Below, one piece after another: positions 26,047-34,021 of a DNA stretch of 40,279 bases (positions within the stretch are counted from its first letter, which is position 1; each line of letters begins with the position of its first letter). Origin of the DNA: a virus. Lineage: Duplodnaviria; Caudoviricetes. The position numbers and the translations under genes were made by a program. The notes under the pieces were generated by a model. The model searched no databases, had not been told where the DNA came from, and saw only the letters and a program-made list of their open reading frames with translations. Location of the stretch: IMG/VR virus record IMGVR_UViG_3300027834_000297, positions 1 through 40,279 of that record. The stretch is one strand, 5' to 3'.

Positions 26047-26343
26047 TCAACGCCTCGCTTTTGGTTTTTGAATATCTGGGTGTGAACCGATACCTTGGGC
26101 GATCTCTACACCCGACCGTGTTGTTGTCGCCACGACAACGCTGCCGTGATCAACGTAGTCAACAAATCCGTTTTCCTTAAGCCAGACCAGCTCAGTTACA
26201 ACCTGATCATAGGTGGACGGCAGGCCGACATTATTAAGAACGTCGGCGAGGATCGACGCGTTCGCCGTGTACTGAGGTGCTTCGCTGAGATGCAGCAAAA
26301 TGCTCAGGCGGCGATGCTTTCGATTGAAATCTTCATAGCTCAT
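26047..26343 (-). CDS. Mu gp26-like winged-helix protein
   Basis: RRL.IL..L, Y.AN.SIL, L.WL.E.G.V, G..IA.G. Confidence 0.8.
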   Translation of the reverse strand: MSYEDFNRKHRRLSILLHLSEAPQYTANASILADVLNNVGLPSTYDQVVTELVWLKENGFVDYVDHGSVVVATTTRSGVEIAQGIGSHPDIQKPKARR

Positions 26344-26687
26344 TTATCGTTACCTCTGAGATAATCTTCATGCCTCGAAACTGCCGTTTCGGTTCTGACC
26401 TGACTTTCGGCCATGCCTCTCATAGTTGCTCGCATTGCCTTCATGTCGCCGCCCATTTCAGCGAGGAGGACTTCCAGCTTGTGCATGTCATCTTTGGCTG
26501 GCATCACATCGACAGTTTGCTCAGTTTTCTGGATGCGAAGCTCAAGCCCATCCATCCGGTCGGACCCTTTTTTGAACTGGCTATCGACGTCCTTGCGACG
26601 GGTTAGAAACCACGCAAGGACAATTGCCCCAATCGAAAATACAAAGCTGATCAGTTCGATAAACGGCTTAAGGTCTGCAATTGTCAT
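26340..26687 (-). CDS. Mu gp25-like protein (DUF2730)
   Basis: N-terminal TM, coiled coil, MP.KDDMH.L motif; position after holin. Confidence 0.75.
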   Translation of the reverse strand: MTIADLKPFIELISFVFSIGAIVLAWFLTRRKDVDSQFKKGSDRMDGLELRIQKTEQTVDVMPAKDDMHKLEVLLAEMGGDMKAMRATMRGMAESQVRTETAVSRHEDYLRGNDK

Positions 26688-27277
26688 CTGTCTCCGGGCC
26701 CACCTGCGATTTGAGTGCGCGCCTTGGTCAACGCGGGGTTAAGATCGGGTTCACTGACTGCCAGAGACAGTGCCGCGTCAGTTCCGGTATCAGCGACACC
26801 CGGCGTGTCGTGTGACAACGCACGTAAAGCGGCGATGTTGGAGACCACGGTTGGGGCCATCGCAAGCGTCTGGGCAATAGATTTCTGGAATTCCTGCCCT
26901 TTGATTTGGTGACGCGCGCCAAAGTAAAAACTGACGATAACGCCCAATAGCCACCAGAGAGGTTCCGGCACCAAGGCAAGGCCCACCATACGTTCGGCAA
27001 ACCAGATTGGGTCGAACATGGCAGACACAAATAGGGCAAATACACCCATCACCATAATTGGGCGCGGCAACCGATTAACGGCATCCATGAACCGATCAAA
27101 CAAGCCACGCTGTTCTGCGCGAAACTCTTGCCCGAATTGGTTCAGTGCTTCGCCGCGCATTCCTGCTTCGCGGGTCGCGCCGGACTCTGCATTTTCGCGG
27201 AACACCTCGGCCGTTTCTTTGACCAAATTCCGCCCACCACCAAAGATGAGCGACAGAGCACCCTCAATCAAACCCAT
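26684..27277 (-). CDS. Holin (GTA-type 3TM family)
   Basis: FDRFMDAVNRLPRP, VPEPLWWLLG.IVSFYFGAR. Confidence 0.88.
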   Translation of the reverse strand: MGLIEGALSLIFGGGRNLVKETAEVFRENAESGATREAGMRGEALNQFGQEFRAEQRGLFDRFMDAVNRLPRPIMVMGVFALFVSAMFDPIWFAERMVGLALVPEPLWWLLGVIVSFYFGARHQIKGQEFQKSIAQTLAMAPTVVSNIAALRALSHDTPGVADTGTDAALSLAVSEPDLNPALTKARTQIAGGPGDR

Positions 27278-27876
27278 CCCGAAATCCTCTCCTGAAACTC
27301 TGCATCACTCATGCGATATTTGGGGGAAATGAATTCTTCGGCGCGCTTGATCCAACCGCCTTTGCCACCGGCGCGCGTCCGGGCATACTTGCGCTGTGAT
27401 GGCTTTCGATCAGCCAGCCGGAAATAGTAATTGCGCCGGGCAACCCCATAGGCATCAACCAAAGTGGTCCCCGCCTTTTCAAAGGCAGTTCGAACAGCCT
27501 TCAAAGTATTGGGACCGATCACACCGTCAACGGAAACATTTAACCCTAGATCATTCAATAGGCGTTGCAGAATTTTGACCGCGTTCACACCGGCATTGAC
27601 GTACATATCAAACACGGTTGCCTGCAGTGCTTCGGGCAGTTTCGCAATGCGCGGACGTTCAAAATAGTGGCGCAAGAAAATGCCGACCGCGAGCTCAGGT
27701 GTGATCAATCTGACGTCGGCGATATCGATATCGCCGTCATGGTCCAGGTCAATTTTCAGACGACGCATTGTATGGATCGTCACACCGCGATTTGTGGCCC
27801 CGCCTGCATCGTCGGGGTCATTCACAAAGCCACCCTCACGGGCGACAATACCTTCTGCAATTGCCCGTGGTGTCAC
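27268..27876 (-). CDS. Endolysin, glycoside hydrolase 108 N-acetylmuramidase
   Basis: EGGFVNDPDD.GGATN.GVT, FDMYVNAG, DGVIGP.T, GW..R. Confidence 0.92.
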   Translation of the reverse strand: MTPRAIAEGIVAREGGFVNDPDDAGGATNRGVTIHTMRRLKIDLDHDGDIDIADVRLITPELAVGIFLRHYFERPRIAKLPEALQATVFDMYVNAGVNAVKILQRLLNDLGLNVSVDGVIGPNTLKAVRTAFEKAGTTLVDAYGVARRNYYFRLADRKPSQRKYARTRAGGKGGWIKRAEEFISPKYRMSDAEFQERISGWV

Positions 27877-27905
27877 TGGCGCGCTCCCGTCCTAAATGCC
27901 TTTCG

Positions 27906-27950
27906 ACATTACAACGCACGCGGATCACTTTTCAGATGAAGGATTTCGCA
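27906..27950 (-). promoter_or_regulatory. Activator-dependent late promoter for the lysis/packaging operon (Plys-like)
   Basis: Same 20-mer (27950-27931), then 19 nt, then TAATGT; the 20-mer lies in the 3' end of the activator gene. Confidence 0.7.
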
Positions 27951-28326
27951 TGTAGCTGAGAAGCGGTGGGTCTTCTTTGGTGTCTTCAAGGACCTTCGCC
28001 CGGAGCTGATAGACACGGCGATGCGTTACGCCAAAAGCATTGGCCACCTCATTTACGTTCGCATCGGGATTTTCGGCGATGACACGCTTGAGAGAGCTTG
28101 TTCGCCGCGCATGGGCAGAGGGAACCTCAACATATTCGCCAACGTATCGTTCAGATAGCCACGAGGCAATCGGGTGACCGACAACGCTTAGAATAACACT
28201 TTTGTTAAGGTGTTCGGGGGCCGGAACGTAAAGCCGCATTCCGCTGGCAGTGGACAGCACACGTGAGGCCGCACTTTCGCCCAATTCCTCGCACAGTTCT
28301 TCCAGCCATTCCGCCCCGATACCCAT
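27925..28326 (-). CDS. Mor/C-like late transcription activator
   Basis: G.RLYVP, G..VEVP, C-terminal HTH (VNEVANAFGVTHRRVYQL); directly before lysis genes; TAATG-coupled start. Confidence 0.75.
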   Translation of the reverse strand: MGIGAEWLEELCEELGESAASRVLSTASGMRLYVPAPEHLNKSVILSVVGHPIASWLSERYVGEYVEVPSAHARRTSSLKRVIAENPDANVNEVANAFGVTHRRVYQLRAKVLEDTKEDPPLLSYMRNPSSEK

Positions 28327-28568
28327 TAGCGGCCTCGGCGTCTGTATTTGCCGCGATCTGGGCGACATGTTTCGTGAATTGTGATAACTGTGCCGTTGTC
28401 GATGACATACCTGAAACCGCAGTGGTGCACACCGGACGCACCTTGTTCGACTGCCTCATCCACGCGGCGACCGATGCCTCGGCGGATTGCCTCGATATCG
28501 ACCCCATACACCCGCTCCAAAAAGCGCAGGACGGCGTGATCTGTGATGGGATGCATCGGCTTTTTCAT
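28326..28568 (-). CDS. Conserved hypothetical phage protein
   Basis: ITDHAVLRFLERV.G.DIEA motif. Confidence 0.7.
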   Translation of the reverse strand: MKKPMHPITDHAVLRFLERVYGVDIEAIRRGIGRRVDEAVEQGASGVHHCGFRYVIDNGTVITIHETCRPDRGKYRRRGR

Positions 28569-28602
28569 CGATCTGCATTCTCTCTTGTTGGTTTCAGTTT
28601 GT

Positions 28603-28672
28603 CAGCGAGAGTGGGATTTGAACCCACGGCCTCCCACGAAGTGGGTGCGCTACCGGACCGCGCCATCTCGCC
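28603..28672 (-). ncRNA. tRNA-like RNA with intact acceptor, D and T arms but a 3-nt anticodon loop
   Basis: GGCGAGA-TG-GCGC-GGTCCGGTA-GCGC-A-CCCAC-TTC-GTGGG-AGGCC-GTGGG-TTCAAAT-CCCAC-TCTCGCT-G. No encoded CCA. Confidence 0.8.
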
Positions 28673-28735
28673 TATTCCTTGTCGGTTCCCGGCATCCCTA
28701 TTTTATTCAGGAAGGTTTATCCGGGCGCACTCCGC

Positions 28736-29188
28736 TCAAGGCGTCTCCCAATTGAAGTCGATATCTTCGCGTTTCCCCCATGCCTTTAAGGCCTGAATCA
28801 CGGCGTCTATTTTCTTGTGATCGCGCAGCATATCGATGTCTGCCGGTACCGCATGCCAGGTGTCCCCGAATTGGGCGCGAATGAAGGCATTCAAACCAGC
28901 GCGGCCGGGACGTTCCAAAGCGCCAACCTCACCCAACTTGGCCCAGAGCACATGACAAAGCCTGAGATCGGCACGAGGGGCGGTTGCGCGCCGCTTGTTG
29001 GTTTTGCGGGCGTAAGGTTTGAACCCGTCAGCCTTCAGGCGGATAATGATTTTGTTGAGCTCGTCTTCGGTCATATCGCTCATGCTGGCTTTGCCGGTTT
29101 CAGCAACCTGCAACGCATGGCGCGAATCCTGATCGAGACCCAACTCGCGGCACCCAACATGGATCAAGCGTTTGAGGGAAGCGGTCAT
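28736..29188 (-). CDS. gemA: GemA / Mu gp16 family protein (DUF1018)
   Basis: LIHVG..ELGLD...R..L...TGK.S...MT..EL, L.AF, VIQALK.W. Confidence 0.88.
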   Translation of the reverse strand: MTASLKRLIHVGCRELGLDQDSRHALQVAETGKASMSDMTEDELNKIIIRLKADGFKPYARKTNKRRATAPRADLRLCHVLWAKLGEVGALERPGRAGLNAFIRAQFGDTWHAVPADIDMLRDHKKIDAVIQALKAWGKREDIDFNWETP

Positions 29189-29844
29189 TTGCGACCCCCG
29201 TGGTTCTTCTGTTTTGAGTTGGCTCGTTTGGCCTCGCGCACTTCATGTTCCAGCTTTGCTGTTGCCAGTAAAACCGGCTTCACTTCAGGTGGGGCCGCAT
29301 CATAATCGCGACCAAATCTACCGTTCAGGCGCGGCAGCATCGCCCGCGGGATGCAGGTCCAGTTTGACGGATCAGTATTGGATTTGTCGCCGTCGCGGCT
29401 CTTGAGGCACATGCCTTCCGGTACCGGGCCGTTTTCTTGTTCCCAAAGGTGGCGGTGCTTTTGCACATAGCGACGGGGAGCGCCGGTATGAGGATTTGTT
29501 TCTGCTACACTGATCTCGACGTAGCCGTCTTTCGTCACGTGCTCATGTCCGAGATATTTCGTGTTGTGTGGCATCTGCCCTTTCTTGAATTGCGTACGCG
29601 CGCAATTGGCGTTGAACGGCATCTTTTTGCCCTTGTTCGCTGGAACGCTTCCCGGCTCATAACAACCGGTCCGTCCTGTCAGCCAACCATTGCGCTTGCA
29701 GAGCGACTTCAAGTGATCATGCGACACATCTGTCCGGTTGAACCGCGCGGTGAATTTGGCATGCAGGTCACGGCGTGGCAGTTCCTTGCGCGCCTCAATC
29801 CACGTCAATTCTTGGACGCTGTATTTGACAGCCGCGCGCTTCAT
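29185..29844 (-). CDS. HNH-like endonuclease-family protein
   Basis: QFKKG..PHN, KDGY.EI.V, HR.LWE..NGPVP.G, DGD.SN...SN. The usual catalytic His appears to be missing. Confidence 0.75.
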   Translation of the reverse strand: MKRAAVKYSVQELTWIEARKELPRRDLHAKFTARFNRTDVSHDHLKSLCKRNGWLTGRTGCYEPGSVPANKGKKMPFNANCARTQFKKGQMPHNTKYLGHEHVTKDGYVEISVAETNPHTGAPRRYVQKHRHLWEQENGPVPEGMCLKSRDGDKSNTDPSNWTCIPRAMLPRLNGRFGRDYDAAPPEVKPVLLATAKLEHEVREAKRANSKQKNHGGRK

Positions 29845-30080
29845 TTCGTCGAGTTCCCGATCATTGGAAGGTGCGGTAATACGGTTTGTCCGTGCCGTGC
29901 ATAAAGCTCGGCCGCCCGCAATTTCAGAGTGGCGTTTCCTGTGACCTGATCGGCGACCTTCACGATAGCCTCAGCGCGTTTAACTTCATTTTCGATTTGT
30001 TCTTCGGTCAAGCTATCGTCAGATAAGCGTCCAAGCTGTGCAAACAGGTGGTCGTTGAGATCACTAAGATTGTTGGACAT
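29841..30080 (-). CDS. Conserved hypothetical protein, usual partner of the HNH-like gene
   Basis: N.L.DLN.HLF.QL.RL.D, E..RA.AI..VA. Confidence 0.75.
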   Translation of the reverse strand: MSNNLSDLNDHLFAQLGRLSDDSLTEEQIENEVKRAEAIVKVADQVTGNATLKLRAAELYARHGQTVLPHLPMIGNSTK

Positions 30081-30687
30081 GTTTCAACTCCTCAAATTTG
30101 GTGGTCTGATTGCCCCACACGTCGTTGTCGCCCCATGGCTCGCGGGCAAATAATTCGGCCTTGTGAGCATTGGGTAAGAGCCGATCGATCATTTCGCGCA
30201 TTTGGATCGGTTTGCGGGAATGCTCGCGGCGGATCGCTTCGATTTTGTCGGGCACGTCATCTATGTGAAGTGGCGCATCAATCACGTTCCGCTCTGATCT
30301 GCTTGTAATCTGCGGCCGGCCAATTTTGCCGATCAAATACGGCTCAGTCGCCGATCGCTGAATATACCCCGTGCCGAAAACCAGCTTCCAGTTCACAGTG
30401 CGCTTGATCCACGCACCGCCCGTTACATAGTCAAAGCCCCAGCTCTCCATCAGATCCTGTGCCTGTTTAAGATGCGGCCATGTCGACCACAAAAAAAGAT
30501 AACAATGTTGGTCAGAAAGATGCGCGATCGGAAGCTTTTTGCCTTCCGCAATCGGCATGGTTTCATAGTGCGCTTCAGGAGATTTCTCATAGCCCTTTGC
30601 AGACCGCATTTCATAGGGCCACGGATAATCAACGAGGATCGCGCCGTACTTCATCGGTGTGAGATGATCGAAAGGCCAATCGTTCAT
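30064..30687 (-). CDS. MT-A70 family (class beta amino-) methyltransferase
   Basis: YGAILVDYPW, HYETM, LFLW.T, WGF.Y, W.K, GTGY..R..TE, REHSRKP, ELFAR, WGNQ. ATG at 30687. Confidence 0.88.
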   Translation of the reverse strand: MNDWPFDHLTPMKYGAILVDYPWPYEMRSAKGYEKSPEAHYETMPIAEGKKLPIAHLSDQHCYLFLWSTWPHLKQAQDLMESWGFDYVTGGAWIKRTVNWKLVFGTGYIQRSATEPYLIGKIGRPQITSRSERNVIDAPLHIDDVPDKIEAIRREHSRKPIQMREMIDRLLPNAHKAELFAREPWGDNDVWGNQTTKFEELKHVQQS

Positions 30688-30836
30688 AGCGCCGCCACCA
30701 ACTGCACCAGAAGGAGCATGTAACCAGCGCCAAAGAGCGCAGATATAGCCGCTTCTTTCATCCGCGCGAACACGACTGCGCCAAGGAGGAACAAGGCCAT
30801 CGTAGTGGCGTGTGGTATGAGTTGATCCAGCGCCAT
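30684..30836 (-). CDS. Small two-TM membrane protein
   Basis: 50 aa, hydrophobic, ATGA-coupled to the methyltransferase gene. Confidence 0.55.
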   Translation of the reverse strand: MALDQLIPHATTMALFLLGAVVFARMKEAAISALFGAGYMLLLVQLVAAL

Positions 30837-30838
30837 TT

Positions 30839-31489
30839 TCAGAGCTTCGCCATATCCAGAGAGACGGGCTCCCAAAGCCCATCATTCGTGGCGCGTTGGT
30901 AGCCTCGAGTATAGGTTTTTGATCCAACGACCCGCATGGCATCCCGGATTGCGTCCATGGCGCGTTTCCAGCGTGGATCATCGATATCCAGACGCAAAAG
31001 CATGAAAATTTCAGACCGGTTGATCTGGCCTTCTTTGTCAGTGTTGAAGGCGCGCGTCACGACGGTGCGTATCTCTGGGCGACTGCTTTCCGCCCATTCG
31101 GTTAGGCATTCATCAATCAGCGTTTTGGCAACCTGCAATTCAGGCCCAAAATCAACCCGGTCGGCAACCTGCACAGTTACTTTGTAGAGCCCGTCAAAGC
31201 TCATCAAAGTCATGTTGCCTTTCTTGCCGCCGAGCGGCGTGTCATATTCCTGCGCGAGAATGGCCTCAAGTGCACCAATGTCGTTAAATGTGTGCACTTT
31301 TGATCGACTCATTTGATTTGAAAGCCCAATCCAGTAACCCATAATCTTGCGCACTGTTTCGTCTTGAAGGAGGTCCTGTGGTTTGATCATTTCGACGGGC
31401 ACAGGGTTGCCTTTAGCGTCTTTCATGAAGACGTCTCCGCCGTGTTTAAAGCGGCCGTCCGGGATAGGGTGAGGAGTGAATTCACTCAT
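30839..31489 (-). CDS. DUF3164 family protein
   Basis: GGKKGN.TL.SFDG, F.PELQ.AK.LIDECL.EW, AF..DKEG, W..AMDAI. Confidence 0.9.
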   Translation of the reverse strand: MSEFTPHPIPDGRFKHGGDVFMKDAKGNPVPVEMIKPQDLLQDETVRKIMGYWIGLSNQMSRSKVHTFNDIGALEAILAQEYDTPLGGKKGNMTLMSFDGLYKVTVQVADRVDFGPELQVAKTLIDECLTEWAESSRPEIRTVVTRAFNTDKEGQINRSEIFMLLRLDIDDPRWKRAMDAIRDAMRVVGSKTYTRGYQRATNDGLWEPVSLDMAKL

Positions 31490-31491
31490 GA

Positions 31492-31674
31492 TTAATCTCC
31501 TGTTGAAGAGGTGTTTAAAGGGGTGTTTTGGCCTGCCATCGCAATGAGAACGCACATCGCAATGATTTCCTCATGCGTGACTTTCTCGGCGCCGCGTTTG
31601 CCGCCAGCATCGACCTTTGCAATCGCGCTGGATGAAAGACGGATCAGGTCATCGTTGGTGAAGCGATCAGCCAT
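31492..31674 (-). CDS. Hypothetical protein
   Basis: ATG at 31674 with GGAG upstream; tight packing. Confidence 0.6.
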   Translation of the reverse strand: MADRFTNDDLIRLSSSAIAKVDAGGKRGAEKVTHEEIIAMCVLIAMAGQNTPLNTSSTGD

Positions 31675-32032
31675 CTTGATTGAGCTCCTCTGCATCGTCC
31701 AGAACCGCGTCAACGAGGTTATTTTCAGCCACCGTTTTGAGGATTTTGGAGGCGAGTTCGTGCGTTGTGAGGTCGCGGGGTTTCGCATGCGGTGCCAGTG
31801 CCGCCATGACTTGTTTTTCGGTATAGACGCGCGGCGACGAAGTACCCGATGGGAACTTCGAACCGAGTTTTGGGCCAGATTTCAGATACGGTATATTCAC
31901 CCCTTGACGCCGCGCTCGTGTGATAACTGAAAACACACTCGAAGTGTGGCAACCGGCCATTTTGGCAATAAGGGTTCTTGGCTCTTCGTTTATCGCCATC
32001 GCAATGATTTTGGCCTTTGTGGCGTTATCCAT
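31667..32032 (-). CDS. Putative HTH DNA-binding protein
   Basis: IAKMAGCHTSSVFSVITRAR (HTH-like); GGAGG SD. Confidence 0.65.
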   Translation of the reverse strand: MDNATKAKIIAMAINEEPRTLIAKMAGCHTSSVFSVITRARRQGVNIPYLKSGPKLGSKFPSGTSSPRVYTEKQVMAALAPHAKPRDLTTHELASKILKTVAENNLVDAVLDDAEELNQDG

Positions 32033-32438
32033 GATTGCCGCCTCCGGTAAAGTGTATGCAGTTGTTGCAAGCCCGGTACATGCGCACACGCATCACATTT
32101 GCGTTGCCAAAATTCTTGGCTTTTTTGCGCCAATCCCGGCACTCGTTTTGTGGAAGTTTGCCTAAAGCGGGGCAGGTAATTGTCCCGTTCATGAAGACGC
32201 CACGCACACTGGCCTCGACAGCCTGTATGTCGCCACCGGCTCTGTGATACGTGTTGCCAACCACCTGGCTAATTGCCGCCGTCGACCAGTCCAAACGCGC
32301 GGCCACCTTGCCCTGAGAGGACATGTTGCATTGCTCGGCAAGCGTCAAAACCCAATCGGGCAGGCCTTTGCCCCAAGCTGCGTCAGCTTTTTCTACATGG
32401 TCGACCTTGCCAGAGACGGCAGTTGTTCCGCGGCTCAT
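32025..32438 (-). CDS. Phage transcriptional regulator-like protein (HTH plus Cys cluster)
   Basis: AWG..LPDWV..LA, SQ..VA.RL.WS.A.ISQV, CP.LG...C, AC..C. Confidence 0.75.
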   Translation of the reverse strand: MSRGTTAVSGKVDHVEKADAAWGKGLPDWVLTLAEQCNMSSQGKVAARLDWSTAAISQVVGNTYHRAGGDIQAVEASVRGVFMNGTITCPALGKLPQNECRDWRKKAKNFGNANVMRVRMYRACNNCIHFTGGGNHG

Positions 32439-33028
32439 ATCCGGCCCTCCTGACGATACGTGACTTCGTTCAGATTGGGGTCAAAAACCTGTTTGACGCG
32501 CTGGATTTTCGGCGGCTTTGGGCCAGTGTCGCGAATGAAGCGATAGGTTGCCTGACGCTTACCCGGAACGGCTTTTTGCATGACGCGCAAATAGCCCGCC
32601 TTCAGCAACATTGAGCAATATGTCTTGGCGGTTTGCTCAGAAACTTTGACGGTGTCGGTATTCGAATACGCGACCAATTCGCGCGGAGTAAATGCCTTTA
32701 TGATCCGCATCGAGCGCCACATATTCGCGTTGACGCCACCCTGTGTGACCGGGGTTCCGTCCATGCGAACGCGCGGTGCGTGAACGCCAGCATCGCGAAG
32801 CAGGGTAAACACATGAACCCCATGTGGTTCTGCGGGCACTGTCTGTTTCAGGTACCCACCCGCCACCAATCGCTTGATGTAGTCGGTGACTGTTTTCTTC
32901 GTGATGTCCGTCGCCTTAACGATATCAAGGGCGGTGAACGTTTTCATGCGCCGAATTTCTACCCAGACACCATCTTGGCCTTGGGGTTTCGGTTCTCTAA
33001 CTGACTGATCGATAGGTTTGCGACTCAT
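32435..33028 (-). CDS. Conserved double winged-helix early protein
   Basis: Two repeats of W..R....FT...L..AGYL; RDTGPKPP, VFDPN. Confidence 0.75.
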   Translation of the reverse strand: MSRKPIDQSVREPKPQGQDGVWVEIRRMKTFTALDIVKATDITKKTVTDYIKRLVAGGYLKQTVPAEPHGVHVFTLLRDAGVHAPRVRMDGTPVTQGGVNANMWRSMRIIKAFTPRELVAYSNTDTVKVSEQTAKTYCSMLLKAGYLRVMQKAVPGKRQATYRFIRDTGPKPPKIQRVKQVFDPNLNEVTYRQEGRI

Positions 33029-33207
33029 CCCTCAGGTTCCTTCCCGATGGTGCGAGTGACCTCGTCTGCGATCCGGCCCTTGCAGTTTGGGCAAAGATCA
33101 ACAGCCCAGGCTTTGTTGCGCTCGTCGCTTTCGCCTTTTGAAATATCGACAATCGAGATCACTTGTTCCGCCGCACCGGGGCGATCGCAAATGCTGCAAA
33201 TGCTCAT
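33025..33207 (-). CDS. Small zinc-finger protein
   Basis: CSIC...DLCPNC; ATGA-coupled on both sides. Confidence 0.6.
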   Translation of the reverse strand: MSICSICDRPGAAEQVISIVDISKGESDERNKAWAVDLCPNCKGRIADEVTRTIGKEPEG

Positions 33208-33947
33208 GCCAGTTCCCTCCGAGGTTTTGGAGCGGTACATGGGGCAAATGCTTGATTGCCCCATGCGTCTGCCGTGACTTCGCTCACCCCGCGAACAGCC
33301 GCAAACTCGCGAATTTTGCCCAGATTAATGCACACCCGTCGAATTGAGTTTTGCGACGATTGCAAAAGGTGCTGTTTAAGGGCGTCATCCAATGAAACGT
33401 CAGGGCAATAGATCGGTGCCAGATGATCAATGTCACTAAGACAGGCCGGAAGTGCCGCCACCCAGTCAAGCATGCGGCCGTGAATGTTTTCCCATTCCTG
33501 AAGGTCCTGCGGCAAACCTTCTTCTCCAACAAGAATGACCGTTCCGCCGCTGCTTTCATATATGTCACGCACGATGCCAACGATCCTGCTTTTGACGAGG
33601 AATTGAGCATCGTCGATGATCAAAACACGTTGGGACAATGTTAGTTCTTGTGCGATTTGGTCGATCATGTCCGCGATGACTTTGTCGGGCTTAATGCCCA
33701 TCTCACCAAGGATCGACTGGCACAGTTTTTTGCCCTTCCAGCTTTCTTTGACCTGAACCTGAAGGGCGTTGAACCTGTTTGCGGCGTAGACCGCCGCAAA
33801 GGTTTTGCCATAGCCGGAATAGCCGTGGAATGTGGCCATGCCAGGCAGGCCTATGGCGCGGTTTTCAACCCGTTGAACCATGTCAACAAACGCCGTCACA
33901 TTCCTGAGCGGCGCAAAAGAGTTGTAAAGTGGGGTTCCCTCTGGCAT
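33204..33947 (-). CDS. MuB-like transposition AAA ATPase
   Basis: Walker A GYSGYGKT, Walker B LIIDDA, ILVGEE; GGAGG SD before ATG at 33947. Confidence 0.9.
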   Translation of the reverse strand: MPEGTPLYNSFAPLRNVTAFVDMVQRVENRAIGLPGMATFHGYSGYGKTFAAVYAANRFNALQVQVKESWKGKKLCQSILGEMGIKPDKVIADMIDQIAQELTLSQRVLIIDDAQFLVKSRIVGIVRDIYESSGGTVILVGEEGLPQDLQEWENIHGRMLDWVAALPACLSDIDHLAPIYCPDVSLDDALKQHLLQSSQNSIRRVCINLGKIREFAAVRGVSEVTADAWGNQAFAPCTAPKPRRELA

Positions 33948-34021
33948 CTTTCCTCCTGTTTCTGGGCCTCTTGGCCCGTTCATTGCCGTCGCGCTGGTCT
34001 CAAAACATGCGCGGCGGCACC

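Noticed and set aside
28603-28672. Functional decoding tRNA (Pro-like D arm) or att site
   Set aside because: A 3-nt loop cannot present an anticodon, and no second copy indicating an att duplication was seen.
30688-30981. N-terminal extension of the MT-A70 ORF in the track; similar extensions for tail tube, MuB, protease and gp36
   Set aside because: They overlap upstream genes; downstream starts with an SD or stop-start coupling fit better.
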